Assembly: GCF_016433145.1 (NCBI RefSeq)
Contig: NC_058132.1
Coordinates: 64,002,948 to 64,066,814 of the forward strand
Source: Gracilinanus agilis
Taxonomy: Eukaryota
DNA: 63,867 nucleotides
Direction of reading: 5' to 3'
Under the pieces are notes generated by a model. The model was not told where the DNA came from. It was given only the letters and a program-made list of their open reading frames with translations, and searched no databases. Below, piece by piece: positions 39,060 to 50,993 of this stretch; the stretch's first letter is position 1, and each line of letters begins with the position of its first letter. A program made the translations under genes and the position numbers.

Positions 39060-42000
39060 CAGAGACAATCTTTTGACCCCTCCATTCTCCCACACCATCT
39101 CCCAATTCAATTCTACCATGTTCTGATCTCTGAGTCCCCAACTTAATTCTCATTCTGCCAGTTTTGTCTGGCCAAGCCTCAGTTTTACATCATTTCTACC
39201 ATCTCCCCTTCTTTTCAATACACATGCTGCTAAAGGAAGGAGTAGGAAGTCATACTACTATTCCGACTACAAATTTATGTTACACAACTTTAATTGGACC
39301 TTCAGTACTGCTAGGTGATCCTATTAGACCTTCTTTATCAACTCACTGTCCCCCTCTCCAGAGCTCCCCTTTCCAAACCTTTTTCTCATTACTCAAAACT
39401 CTTATAGCTGCTCCTCCTGCCTTCACCCTCTCAAGGTCATTCTCTGGGAGCTCCCTCTGCTCCCCATTTCCTTTCACTTCATTTACATGCTTTTGCCACT
39501 CTCTCATCCTTCTCTTCCATCTCACACTCCTTACCAAGGCTAATCCCTTTACCTATTCAAGTTATCCTGTATAGATTAGTCTTTTTGGTTGATTCTATTC
39601 ACAGATAATATATTATCTGCAAAGAGTGATAGTTTTGTTTCCTTATTGCCTATTCAAATTTCTTCAATTTCTTTTTCTTTTTTGTTACTATAACTAGTAC
39701 TTGGATTTTTTTCAAAACCCTTACCTTTCATCTTAGAATTAATACTATGTATTGGTTCCAAGGTAGAAGAGAAGTAAGGGCTAGGCAATGGGGGTTAAGT
39801 GACTTGCCCAGGGTCACACAGCTGGAAAGTGTTAGAGACCAGATTTGAAACCAGGACTTTCCCATCTCTAAGCCTGATGCTCTATCCACTGAGCCATCTA
39901 GCCACCCACTCCTCTATTTTTTATTTTTAATCTCTCTCTATTTACTGACTTCTTTCCAACCGCCTACAAACATACCCATGTCTCCCCCATCCTCAAAAAA
40001 ACCTCACTTGAGCCTTCCGTCCCTATGAACGACCCACTGTCCTTCTGCAGCTCTGCCTGAATTCAACTCCACAGGACAAAATATTACATCTGGTACACTG
40101 TGGTGGCCATACTTCCCACATCACTTTCCAACTTCCTTTTGTATATTGCCTTCCCCATTAGATTGTAAGCTCTTTGAAGGCAAAGATTATTTTTCTTTTT
40201 CTAATTTGCATCCCCAGTGCTCAGAACAGTATCTGGCACATAGTATATGGTGCAAAATAGGAGGCGCAGGGGCAGCTAAATGTTGCAGTGGATAGAGCAC
40301 CAGAAATGGAGTCGAGAAGACCTAAGATCAAATCTGGCCTCAAACATTGGCTGTATGATCCTAGGCAAGTCACCTTACTCTATTTGCATGAATTTCCTCA
40401 TCTTGAAGATGAGCTGGAGAAGGAAATGACAAACCACTCCAGTGTCTTTGCCAAGAAAACCCCAAACGGGGTCATGAAGAGTTGGATACGACTGAAATGA
40501 CTGAACAAGAAACAAAAAACAAAAAAAAAATATTTTTTATTGAATTGAATTCCTAAATCTCTTTTGCTCTTGTGGCTAAATTCCTTGAAAAGACCATCTA
40601 CAATAGATGCCTTTGTTTTTCTTTTCTCTCACTCCCTTCTGAGTCCCTTACAGTCCGGCTTCCAATCTCATCATTCCACTGTATCTGTTCCTTCCAAAGT
40701 AACCAAAGATCCCTTACCTGCTAAATGGCCAGATTGAGTTTACGGCCATCATCATGGGTGGCTGAGGTGGGTGGAAGAGTAGCTCATGGGAGGTGAGTAT
40801 TGAGGAACTGAGTGGTTAGGGTATTTGATGGAGTCATGATGTATATTGCAGTCCCCCAGTATGAACTCAAAGAGTTGGGATTTATGATCTTTTCTCGGTA
40901 GCCTTTGACAATGTTGATCACTCTCTCTTCTTTGATACTCTTCTCTCTCCTGGTTCTTCTCTCACACAGATAGGAAATATCTGAGGTCAAATTTGAACCC
41001 AGCACCTCCCATCTCCAAGCCTCACTCTCTCTCTGCTGAGCCACTTTGCTGACTTGGCTCCAGATTACTTTCTCTGGTTGTTCCCCTTGCCTGGAACTAT
41101 CTCCCTCTTCTGCTCAAACCTCTCAGGCTTCCTTTAAGTGCTGATCAAAATTCTACCTCCTACAGGAAGCCTTTCCCAACCCCTCTTGATTTCAGTGCCT
41201 TCCCTTTGTTAATCATTTCTCATTTATCCTTTATATGGTCTATTGATGGTTGTTTTGTTTGTCTTCCCCCATTAGATTGTAAACTCCTTGAGGGCAGGGA
41301 TTGTCTTTTATTTCTTTTTGGGTCCCCAGTGCTTGGCATCCAGAAAGTACCTAAATAAATATTTACTGACTGACTGGCCTTATTTAGTACTTTTAATTTC
41401 TACATCTGTGCATAGCATCCTGGGATTATTGTTAGTTTTCTTCTTAGAGTTTACTCCTGTGATTTACATCAATCAATCAATTATTAATACAATATGGAAG
41501 ACTAGCCATGGAGGGCACAGTCCTTAAAGAATGTCCAATATTAGCTTTTTAGGGATTGCTTCTTGAAATGTGTGATGGAGGGATCTTTTCCCTACTTGTA
41601 TCACAGCCCTTGCTGGTATCTATCCTCTGTTTCCTTCTGGCTTACTGCATAATGGTGAAAAGCCTTTTAATTAGCTGCTGAACTAGAGCTGTTAAACATG
41701 TATCTGCTATCATGGGAGGAGGAAGAAATGCTAAGGACCTCCAGGTGTGAGTATCCCAAGACCTGCCATCAGCTGATTTTTCTCCTCGATTGGCCGACAT
41801 ATGACTGAACATATGGCCCCATTGTTTCTTTTGTCTGTATTTATGAATGTTAGAGATAGAATGGACCAGATTACAAACCTGTGACCTATGGAACTTGAGA
41901 ACAGCATCAAAGACCTCTCACAGGAGTTAGTCCTGGGAGGCTATAAACTACTTTGGGGGAATAATCTACTTGGACCCTGTCCAGTGGTGAGTCAACCCAA

Positions 42001-42075
42001 CATCTGTGTGCAATACAAGCTAGCAGGGAGTGATGTGCTCAACAGCTATGCCACATTCAGAAATGAACTTGTTAG

Positions 42076-42267
42076 GGGGCAGCTGGGTAGCTCAGTGGAG
42101 TGAGAGTCAGGCCTAGAGACAGGAGGTCCTAGGTTCAAACCCGGCCTCAGCCACTTCCCAGCTGTGTGACCCTGGGCAAGTCACTTGACCCCCATTGCCC
42201 ACCCTTACCAATCTTCCACCTATGAGACAATACACCGAAGTTACAAGGGTTAAAAAAAAACAACAAA
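42076..42267 (+). mobile_element. SINE1_Mdo, young subfamily (related copies at about 35630-35800 and 49775-49957)
   Basis: 16-bp TSD GAAATGAACTTGTTAG at 42060-42075 and 42268-42283; diagnostic 3' CCACCTATGAGACAATACACCGAAG shared by three copies. Confidence 0.9.
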
Positions 42268-43460
42268 GAAATGAACTTGTTAGAAGAAATGTTCTGGAAC
42301 AATCTTTTAAGTTTGAACCCATTCTTCCCAAGGGCCAAGGTATATAGAGGGGAGGGTTAGGTTCCTAGTTAGAGATATAGTTATATCTTTATCCTTGCTG
42401 TTTTTGTGGTTGTTTAGTCATTTCAGTTGTGTCTGACTCCTTGTGACCCCTTTTGGGGTTTTCTTGGCAAAGATACTAGAGTGGTTTGCTATTTCATTTT
42501 CTACTCATTTAATAGATGAGGAAACTGAGGCAAATAAAGTTAAGTGATTTGCCCAGGGTCATATGGCTAGTCTGAGGCCAGAGATGAACTCAGGAAGATG
42601 AGTCTCCTTAACTTTAGGCTGGACACTCTATCTACTGGATCAAGCAGCAATTATCTGTGGCAATTAAAAGAGCCCTAGGAACTTTGGAGAGGGCTCCCAT
42701 GAATTTAATTACCCTCTCTATGCTAATTATTCTGAAATCTACCTTTCCTGCCACAAACTCTCTGCTACCTTCCAATCTCTCATCTCCAACTGTTTTTCAG
42801 ATGTCTCAAACTGGATGTCCAGTATAGGACATCTTAAATTCAACATGTCTGAAATGGACCTCATTATCTTTCCACCCATATACTTCCTACTTCGTACTTT
42901 CCCTATTATTATAGAGAGCAACTCATAGAAGATGCCAAGGTCGACACTGCATCCTGAGCCATTATCAGTCATCTAGACTTTCGTCTTGCCACTGGACTTC
43001 AATGTCTCCGAAAGAAAAGTGAGGCCAACAACTCTGCCCAGCTGGCTCACTTAAATCCAACTAATGCACAAGTCAGAAGACACTGCCATACCATTCTATT
43101 ATTTTACATTTACTTTTTTGCCATCTCATTATTTTTCTATTTTACTCCTACCTCAAAATCCTGTGGGGACAAGCGAGTGATGAAACAACAGGAGTCGATA
43201 TTCTGGGAATTGTAGTTACAACCCTGTACACTGGCAGCCCAAAGCACAGGGTCTCTTCTCACTGTACCAAAGCAGCAGTAGGATTCTGTGGCCCCCTGGA
43301 TGTCTGAGCTACCTTTTTTAAGGACTGTACTTTTGCTTCCTGACATGAGGAATGGACTAGACAAGGTGCCTTAAACCCTGTTTGCTTGAAACTATCTGCT
43401 TCACCTGGCCTTGTGCTTACTGAGACAGGTGGGGATCCAAAACACAAAAATATACACAGA

Positions 43461-43736
43461 GGGGGGCAGCTGAGTAGTTCAGTGGATGGAGACCCAGGCC
43501 TAGAGATGGGAGGTCCTGGGTTCAAATGTGACCTCAGACACTTCTCAGCTGTGTGACCCTGGGCGAGTCACTTGACCCCCATTGCCTACCCTTACCACTC
43601 TTCTGCCTTGGAGCCAATACACAGTATTGACTCCAAGATGGAAGGTAAGGGTTTAAAAAAATATATAATAAATAAATAAACAAACAAACAAACAAATAAA
43701 TGAATGAATGAATGAATGAATATATATATATATATA
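43461..43736 (+). mobile_element. SINE1_Mdo whose tail has become a compound (AAAT)(AAAC)(GAAT)(AT) microsatellite
   Basis: Full SINE body; tail at 43655-43736; imperfect TSD ATA(C/T)ACAGA. Confidence 0.85.
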
Positions 43737-44889
43737 CAGAAACTTTTGCAGAGATGATTCCATTCACCATTGGTATGTGGAATGTGCACACTTATGGACA
43801 ATATGAAATCCAGTAGACCTGAAAGTTTTTATTTCAAGAGAACTCAGCAGATATGGCATCCAAATGGCAGCCCTGCTTAAAATAAGACTGGCAAATAAAG
43901 ACTGGCTTACCAAAGTTGGTCCTAGATACATGCTTTTCTGGAGTTACCACTGTGATAAGGAGAGCAGTGAAGTTGGCATAGGTTTTGCCATCAAATCTAA
44001 TCTATTCAGCAAGTTTGTATGCTTCCCGAAAGGAGTGAATGACAGACTGATGAAAATGTGATTGCCTCTTACAGGAAAGTGCCAGTCACCATCATTAATG
44101 CATATACTCCCACCATGATGAACCCTGCTAAAGTCAAAGGACATTTTTAGGAAGACCTGGAGAACCTCATCAACAGTATTCCAAAAGAAGAAAAACTTGT
44201 AATTCTGGGTGACTTTAATAACAGAGTAGGCACAGACTATCAGACACAGCAGGGAGTCCTTGGGAGGAATGGTGTTGGAAACAATAATAACAATTGCACT
44301 TACTATTGAAGACTTGTGTGCCTCATGGGCTTCTCATCACCAACACTGTCTTCCACTTATTTAAGCACAATAAAACTTCCTGAATACACTCTCAAAGCAC
44401 ACATTGGCATTTAATAAACTATGCCATTGAAGGAGAAGAGACAGACAGGCTCTGAGTGACTAAAGTGAAATGTGGCACAGGGTGCTGGACCAATCATAGA
44501 CTTAACTTCTCCAAGCTAAACATTCACATTCAACAAAATCAGTCGCCCCAAGGCAAGACGACTACCAGAAGTCTTAAAGCCAACAACATATTAGAGCATT
44601 TCTCTGCATGAGAATACTTTGTTGCTGACTTGGAGGGAAAGCTGAGCCAACATACAGTTGGCAACAGTGGAGCAGAAAAGGAGTGGGAAGCTTTCAGAGA
44701 TTTGGTGGATAGCACTACATTTACTCATCTAGCCAGAACACTCACAAACATCAGGATTGGCTTGAGGAAAATGATGGGGAAATTCAGAAACTACCAAATG
44801 AAAAATGAGAACTCCACCAAGTTACCAGCAGGAGAGTTCAACCATCTCTAAGAAGGTAGTATTTAATATCTTCAAAAGTAAAGTACAAA

Positions 44890-45282
44890 TTGAACATAAT
44901 GGACTTCTCTACTAGCAGCAATGCAAGGATCCAGAGCAAGGCTGAGGAATTTATGAGAAAGAAAACCAGACACATTCAGAGGAAGAACTGTGGGAGGAGA
45001 AACACAGAAGAAAAACAACTGCTTGAACACATGGGCTGATGGGGATATTATTGGGGATGTAGACACTAAACAATAGCTCTAGTCCAACTATCAATAATAT
45101 GGAATTAGGTCTTGATCAATGATACATGTAAAATCAAGTGGAATTGTGTGCTGGCTAAGAGGGGTTAGGGGATTTTGGGGAGAGGGAAAGGACATGAAAC
45201 ATAACTATGGGGAAATATTCAAAATAAAAATAAAAATATTATTTAAAAAATTAAAAAATAAAGTGTAGTTATTTACTTAAAA
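44890..45282 (+). mobile_element. 5'-truncated L1 inside the RTE
   Basis: 16-bp TSD AAAAGTAAAGTACAAA at 44874-44889 and 45283-45298. Confidence 0.9.
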
Positions 45283-46307
45283 AAAAGTAAAGTACAAAAA
45301 AAAACTTAGAGAGATGCAGGATTCTTGGCTCATTAAGAAGGCAGATGAAATTCAGTTTTTTTTTTGCACTGAAAGAGACAATCCAAAGCACTTCTATAAT
45401 GCCTTAAAGGTTATTTATGAGTCAAAGACCTATGGCTTCTCAGCACTCAATGCCGATGGAACTACATTTATCAGTGATAAGGCTATGATCCTGGAGAAAT
45501 AGGCTGAATGCTTCCATAAAATTCTCAAACGACTGTCTTTAATCAATACTGAGAGCACTGAGCATATACTTCAGGTTGGAGTTAATCCCTCTGTAGTTGA
45601 ACTTCCAATAGAAGAAGAGGTTTTGAATGTCATTAGGCTCCTTTTGTGTGACAAAGCACTTGATGCTGATTTCATTAGAGCAAAGATTTATAAGGCAGAG
45701 GGGTCCATTGCTTATTCAAAAGATGACTGAAATCTTCTGGGTTATATGGCAAGAGGAGGTTATTCCCCAGGAGATCAAGGATGCCTCCATTTCCTTTTCT
45801 CTAAAGGAAAAGGAAATAGGTTGTCTTGTGAAAATCACAGAGAAGTCTCTCTCTTAATCATTGCTGGAAAGATTCTTGCCAAAGTGCTCCTTAATCAGCT
45901 GATCCTTTACCTGGAGGATGGTTGTCTAACCCAAGAGCTAGTGTAGCTTCAGAAAAGACCGAAGAATGTTCAGTCTGATGTCTGCTGCTCAACAATTCCA
46001 GGTGAAATGTCAGGAGCAGAGCGGAGGTTTGTACGAGATGTTCATCAATCAGACCAAAGTCTTTGATACTATCGCTTGTGATGATTTGGGGGAGATAATG
46101 GCAAGATTTGATGGCCTGAAGTAGTTTATCAATATTGCATGACATCTTCATGACAGCATGCTTGTACAGGTTCTGGATAAAGGATTATGATGCTTTAATT
46201 TAGCATGATATTTCAGCAATGTTGTCAGATGCTTTCAGTGAGGATAAAATGGCATCAAGATCAGGTATTGTACTGAGAGTAAATTATTTAACTTGAAAAG
46301 GCCACAA

Positions 46308-46498
46308 GGGGGCAGCTGAGTGGCTCAGTGGATTGAGAGTCAGGCCCAGAGTTGGGGATTCCTGGGTTCAAGTTTGACCTCAAACACTTCCTAGCTGTGT
46401 GCCCCTGGGCAAGTCACTTAACCCCCATTGCCTACCCCTTACCATTCTTCTCTCTTAGAACCAATCTAAGATGGAAGGTGAGGGTTAAAAAAACAAAA
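46308..46498 (+). mobile_element. SINE1_Mdo inside the RTE
   Basis: TSD AAAAGGC(C/T)ACAA at 46296-46307 and 46499-46510. Confidence 0.9.
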
Positions 46499-46553
46499 AA
46501 AAGGCTACAAGTTAAAACTAAAGTGGAGGGACAGTTAGTTGGTGCATGACTTT

Positions 46554-48228
46554 CTTTTTTTTCCCAAGATTCACACATAATTTTATTGAAAATATATAAG
46601 AATATGCTGAGAAAATCAAAGGCAAATATTAAAGAATTGAACCTGGAATCATACTCAAAAAGGTATAAAACCATATTTACCTTTTGATCCAGTAATATCA
46701 CTATTAGATTCATTTCCTAAGAGGATCAGAGAAAAATGAAAAGAAACTATATGTTTTACAATATTTATAGCAGCTCTTTTTGTTATGGCAAAGACCTAGA
46801 AAGGGAAGGAATGTCCATCAGCTGAACGATAACTGAACAAGTTGTGGCTTATGATTGTGATGAAATACCATTGTGCCATAAGAAATGACAAACATGATGA
46901 TCACAAAAAAACCTGGAAAGACTTTTCTGAAGTGATCCAAATGAAGTGAGCAGAACCAGGAGAACATCGTTCACAGTTACAATAATGTAAGTGACCAACT
47001 GTGAATGACTTAACTTTTATCAACAAGGCAAGAATCCAGGGCAATTCCCAGGGACTCATGGTAAAAAAGGATATCCTTCACCATAGAATTTTTAAGAACA
47101 AATGTAAAAAATTGTTTTTGCTTGTAATTGAAAATAAAACTTATATATGTAAAATTTTTTTAAAAGAAGTGAACTTAGGGAAAAGTGAACTCTTCTTTCA
47201 TTGTCCTTCTTTCCTAAGTTCATCCTCATGTTTTAATTAAAGTCAATTAAAATTTAAATTGTTTAACTTTTTTCTGAGAGCTTTCTCAGGTGGGAAAAAT
47301 GAGAAGCAGTATAATGTACTAGGAAAAAGTACTACATGTGGACTTGAGAAAAGGGAGTTTAAATTCCATTCATATAATTTCCTGACTTTGTGATCTAACA
47401 CAAGATAATTCACCTTTTTATATTTCAATTTTGAAAAGAAATTATATTAGGTGATCTTTTAGTCTTCTTCAGGCTTTCTCTCCTATAGTTAAACATTGTG
47501 ATTATAGACTTAATTTTCCCTCTCTAGATTCCAGCTGTAGGATTTGCCAGTTTTTTTCCATTTAATAATTTTTATTTTTTAGAAAAGTTAACATGGTTAC
47601 ATGATTCATGCTCTTACTTTCCCCTTCACCCCCACTTCTCTCCCCCATAGCCGATGCGCATTTCCCCTGGTTTTAACATGTGTCATTGATCAAGACCTAT
47701 TTCCAAATTGTTGATAGTTGCATTGGAGTGGTAGTTTTGAGTCTACATCCCCCATCATTGTCTGCCTCAACTCATGTGTGGATTTGCCAGTTTTAAGCAC
47801 ACAGAGTTGATGCTTCCAGTCTTTTAACAGGGTGTCAAAATATAATGATGTGCTCAAATCAATGTAGAATGCATGAAAATGTTTTTTCTTTTGCTGCTAT
47901 ATCACTATAAATGAAGCCTGAATTTGAATCAGCTTTATTTTCAACAACAGTGTCACCCATCAATCCAAAAAGGTATGGTGACAAGTTCTGTGAAATATCC
48001 TGATGAAATGTTTCATTCTATACATGGCCCCTGACCTAGTAGATTCCTAGTAGTCTTTAAGAAAACATTAGTTTGGATTGAAACTTGTTCTAAGTGAACC
48101 CATACTGGCTCCCAGTGATCCTTATTTATTTTGCAAGTATTAATCTGTTCAACTGATTCTTTTAGAATTTCATCACAAATTAACAGCAAGTTGTTTACTT
48201 TTGAATATTGGGATATTTGTTTTCTGCA
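46554..48228 (-). mobile_element. Retro-inserted polyadenylated non-LINE sequence (orphan transduction or retrocopy)
   Basis: 13-bp TSD GGTGCATGACTTT at 46541-46553 and 48229-48241; T-run at 46555-46562; AATAAA on the - strand at 46582-46587. Confidence 0.7.
47555..47779 (-). mobile_element. Short L1 3' end nested in the retro-insert
   Basis: 15-bp TSD GGATTTGCCAGTTTT at 47540-47554 and 47780-47794. Confidence 0.9.
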
Positions 48229-50923
48229 GGTGCATGACTTTGTTTGCAGACAATTGTGTGTTCAGTGCAGCCTTTGAGACTGAGATGCAACAGAATATGA
48301 ATCATTCTCTTACTATTTATGCTACTTTTGGCCTGACAGATTATTATCAATTATTAAGAAAACAGAAGTTCTCCACCAATCGGCAGCACACCAACCAAAA
48401 ATGGAACCACCCATTATAGCAAATGGAGAAATTCTGAATGCTGTGGACAAGTTCACTTGCCTTGGCAATATGCTTTCTAGGGATGTCCACATAGATAATG
48501 AGGTTGATGCATACATTTCTAAGGTTAGCTCAATGTTTGAGAGGCTCCAAAGGAAAGTGTGGAAGTGAAAAGGCATTAGGCTACCTACAAATTGCAAGTG
48601 TACAGAGCTGTTGAGCTGACCTCATTATTGTATTCCTGTGAAACCTGGACAGTCTACCAGCATCATGCCAAGAAATCAAATCATTTCCATTTGAATGGTC
48701 TTTGGAAGATTCTGAAGATCACTTGGCAAGATAAGGTACTGAGGTCTTTTCTCAAGCTAAACAGCCAAGCATTCAGACTCTACTGCATTCAGAAGCTACT
48801 AAATGAAAAATGAGAATTCCTCAGGGTCTACTTCAGAGAGCGCAACTCTGATGGACCGGCAATGTTGTTCAAATGCCAAACGCATGTTTGCCTAAAACAC
48901 TATTTTATGGAGAACTCACACAGGGCAAGCGCTCGCATGGAAGTCTGAAGAAATGGAACAAGGACATTCTCAAGGTCTAACTGTGAGATATGGGAGACAC
49001 TAGCACAGGATTGTCCTGCATTGCGTGCCCAAATCAAAGAAGATGCTGTGCTCTATAAGCAAAGCAGTATTGTAGTAGCTCAGAAAAAAAATGAGATGCT
49101 CAAATTTAGAAACATCCACAGTCCAAATATTTATATGGGCTACCTGATCTGTTGCAGATTCCTCCAAGCTTGCAAGCTCCAATGAGCTACAGTCAGACAG
49201 ACTGCACATTGACGCCAACATAGTGATGTTGTTTTGGTCCTTTTCAAGTATGAAGAACAACAACCAACCAATCAACACTTTTACTTGTTCCCATACTTCA
49301 CCATCCATCTACACTGGCCTTCATCTCTTCATCTTGTTCTTTCAACATGGCACTCTCATCTCAATGACTTTTCTTTCTTTTCTTTTAATGAGTTTTTATT
49401 GATATTTTCTATTTCTTACATCACAATAGTATCATAAATCCCTCCCATACCCTTCCTGGAGTGGCATTCCATGTGACAAATAACATTTTTTGGAGAGGAA
49501 GAAAAAAAATTAGCACAATTGATGGATACATTGAAAAGTCTGAAAACATGTGCAATATATAACACCTGTGGACTTCCCATCCCTTCAAAGAGGTAGGCCG
49601 GTGGTACCTTCTCATATCTCTTCATTCTGAGCCATTTGATCTTTATAATCCTGTTTCATTTACTTTGATTTTGGATGGGACTCAGCTTCTTTTCCCGGAC
49701 CACATGCCTTGAATATTCTCCCTTCTTAAAACTTCTATCTCAAGTTTTCCTCCCAAACTTGATTAAAACCTACTTTTTTTTAAAACCCTTGTACTTCGGT
49801 GTATTGTCTCATAGGTGGAAGAGTGGTAAGGGTGGGCAATGGGGGTCAAGTGACTTGCCCAGGGTCACATAGCTGAGAAGTGGCTGAGGCTGGGTTTGAA
49901 CCTAGGACCTCCTGTCTCTAGGCCTGACTCTCACTCCACTGAGCTACCCAGCTGCCCCAAAACCTACTTTTTTGTAAGATGCTTTTCCACGTCCCCTTTC
50001 CTAGCCTCCCCCAAGATTACCTTCCATTTACACTATATATTATAAATTAATATCTTATTACAGGGGTATTTACGTGTTGCCTCCCCTATTCGAATATGAG
50101 TTTCTCGAAGATAGAGATGATGTTTTGTCTTTCTTTGCATCTTCAGCACCTAGCTTGTTATGAAGCATATAACAAGTGCCCAGATACTTGAAGGTGAGAG
50201 TTGTGGATTTCCTCAATCCTTCCCATCTTCAGAAGGTGGACTGGCCAGAGAGCCGTAATCTCCCCGAGAGAAGAGTCTATGATATAAGCTCTCCCTTTCC
50301 CATCAGCAAAACATTATGCCTCCCCTAGGAAAAGGGGATCACCTGAAATCTGATTCTCATGCTGATTGTCTTGGTTTTTGATTCTCAAATCATCTTAATT
50401 CCCTTTGTGGCTTCTCTCCTATGACTAGAGGACTAGAGAATGGAGCAATGAATTCCTTCCTTAATAGAGATTTCAGAACTTATCAGAAAACTCTCCATTT
50501 TCCATCAAGAACTCTCCTTGGTTTCCACTCCATGGAATATCATGCCTTTGCCAGTTACACATCCTGTGGTCCCCTCCTCCACAGTTATATATTGTCTCGT
50601 CCATTAGATTGTAAGTTCCTTGAAGGCAAGAACTGTCTTTCCTTTTCTTATCTGAATCTCTAGCACTTAGCACAGAGTCTAGCATTTATTCAATAAATGT
50701 TTTTTGACCTGAATAGAATTATGGAAAGAGCTGCACCTGTCCTTTCAGAGGTGAGGTAGAGATGGAAAAGATCAGGGCCAGGAATGAGCTGTAATGGAAC
50801 CAGACCCTTGCTTGGGTCTCCTGAGCCCCTGTCTTCCCTATCCAGACAGGCCCAAGGGTCTAGAAAGGGGTCTTGGAGAGGTTAGAATGTCTGTGGTCAC
50901 AGGGTCTCGTTTGTGAGGTGGCC

Positions 50924-50930
50924 TATAAAG
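50924..50930 (+). promoter_or_regulatory. Candidate CATSPER4 TATA box (TATAAAG)
   Basis: Lies about 65 nt upstream of ATG 50994, which has A at -3. Confidence 0.4.
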
Positions 50931-50993
50931 GCTGACTTAGAATTCTTGGAATCAGGATTCTGTGAGGGTTGGACATTGGGTCAGGGAGGCAAG

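Larger units (their letters stand above)
37790..41370 (+). mobile_element. Large decayed L2, interrupted by L1, SINEs and an inverted duplication
   Basis: Endonuclease-like GGGGACTGCAATATACAT (GDFNIH motif remnant) at about 38000; L2 RT and 3' sequence at 39300-41370. Confidence 0.6.
42915..49275 (+). mobile_element. Near full-length decayed RTE-clade LINE (AP endonuclease + RT), frameshifted and interrupted several times
   Basis: Endonuclease remnants: WNV at about 43778 and ILGDFNNRVG at about 44202. RT remnants: (C)GFRK-like at about 45942 and FAD(D) at about 48241. 3' (CAA)n-like tail at 49255-49275. The 5' boundary is uncertain. Confidence 0.8.

Noticed and set aside
41450-42400. Unassigned sequence that might be LTR/ERV-derived
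   Set aside because: I could not identify TG..CA ends, a PBS, a PPT or retroviral ORF motifs; it needs RepeatMasker.
43864-49308. ORFs resembling endonuclease and reverse transcriptase genes
   Set aside because: Frameshifted fragments of the dead RTE LINE, not host genes or an active element.
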